From Oscillospiraceae bacterium (GTDB lineage Bacteria; Bacillota; Clostridia; Oscillospirales; Ruminococcaceae), in NCBI GenBank assembly GCA_017396665.1, contig JAFQLH010000035.1, positions 3,206 to 67,205 of the forward strand: a DNA stretch of 64,000 nt. Direction: 5' to 3'. This document shows positions 63,900 through 64,000 of the stretch, one piece after another (the stretch's first letter is position 1; each line of letters begins with the position of its first letter). The notes below the pieces were generated by a model that made no database searches, was not told the DNA's origin, and saw nothing but the letters and a program-made list of their open reading frames with translations. The position numbers and the translations under genes were made by a program.

Positions 63900-64000
63900 T
63901 TATATAGCATAGTCTTCAAACATATAAAGAATCTTGTTGTCAATCAGTGCATCAAGAACAATTCCCTCAGCACTGTAATCCTGCGAGAATACTTTTCCGT
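63900..64000 (-). CDS. 3' end (32 codons) of an unidentified minus-strand gene continuing beyond the window
   Basis: My own translation of the only open minus frame gives ...GKVFSQDYSAEGIVLDALIDNKILYMFEDYAI*. It ends at the bidirectional terminator. The product cannot be identified. Confidence 0.3.
   Translation of the reverse strand, partial: GKVFSQDYSAEGIVLDALIDNKILYMFEDYAI

Noticed and set aside
1-64000. Search for rRNA, tRNA, CRISPR arrays, transposases, integrases, prophage genes or long inverted repeats.
   Set aside because: All intergenic gaps are 260 bp or shorter and are explained by promoters and terminators. I saw no cloverleaf-like T-arm motifs, no regularly spaced direct repeats and no recombinase-like ORFs. 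The window appears to be core chromosome.

Overview
This 64 kb window looks like chromosomal DNA from a spore-forming Firmicute. A Clostridia, Oscillospiraceae/Ruminococcus-like origin is my inference from gene content only: the SCIFF peptide system, ytfI/ytfJ, CotH, and the scpAB and uvrBA arrangements. The window is densely coding, with about 63 CDS and mostly housekeeping functions. These include envelope genes (L,D-transpeptidase, LtaS-family, DacB-like PBP, flippase), rpmB, scpAB, uvrBA, rsmD-coaD, and pyrimidine genes (pyrC-F-K-D plus a separate pyrE). There is also a transcarboxylase-like 3-gene operon, a signal-peptide-less glycoside hydrolase/manA/glucokinase cluster, a heterodimeric ABC exporter, pepF and thiN.

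I found no rRNA, tRNA, CRISPR array, transposase or integrase. Many intergenic regions carry near-consensus SigA-type promoters (TTGnnn-17-TATAAT, often with a TGn extension) and clear rho-independent terminators. These allowed several track ORF starts to be corrected.

The best candidate for an undescribed system is a self-contained six-gene minus-strand operon (about 52.3-57.4 kb) with its own promoter and terminator. It encodes a small membrane protein, a double zinc-ribbon tail-anchored protein (YdjG-like), three tandem paralogues sharing a PDF-motif domain plus a C-terminal zinc ribbon, and an SPFH/COG4260 (YdjI-like) protein with a Q/M-rich linker and three zinc ribbons. That is eight zinc ribbons in total, with no adjacent pspA.

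Other notable items are an XRE-HTH fused to a complete desulfoferrodoxin (2Fe-SOR) ligand set, a SCIFF RiPP locus whose 50-aa precursor is missing from the ORF track, and a stand-alone 40-aa membrane micro-protein transcription unit.
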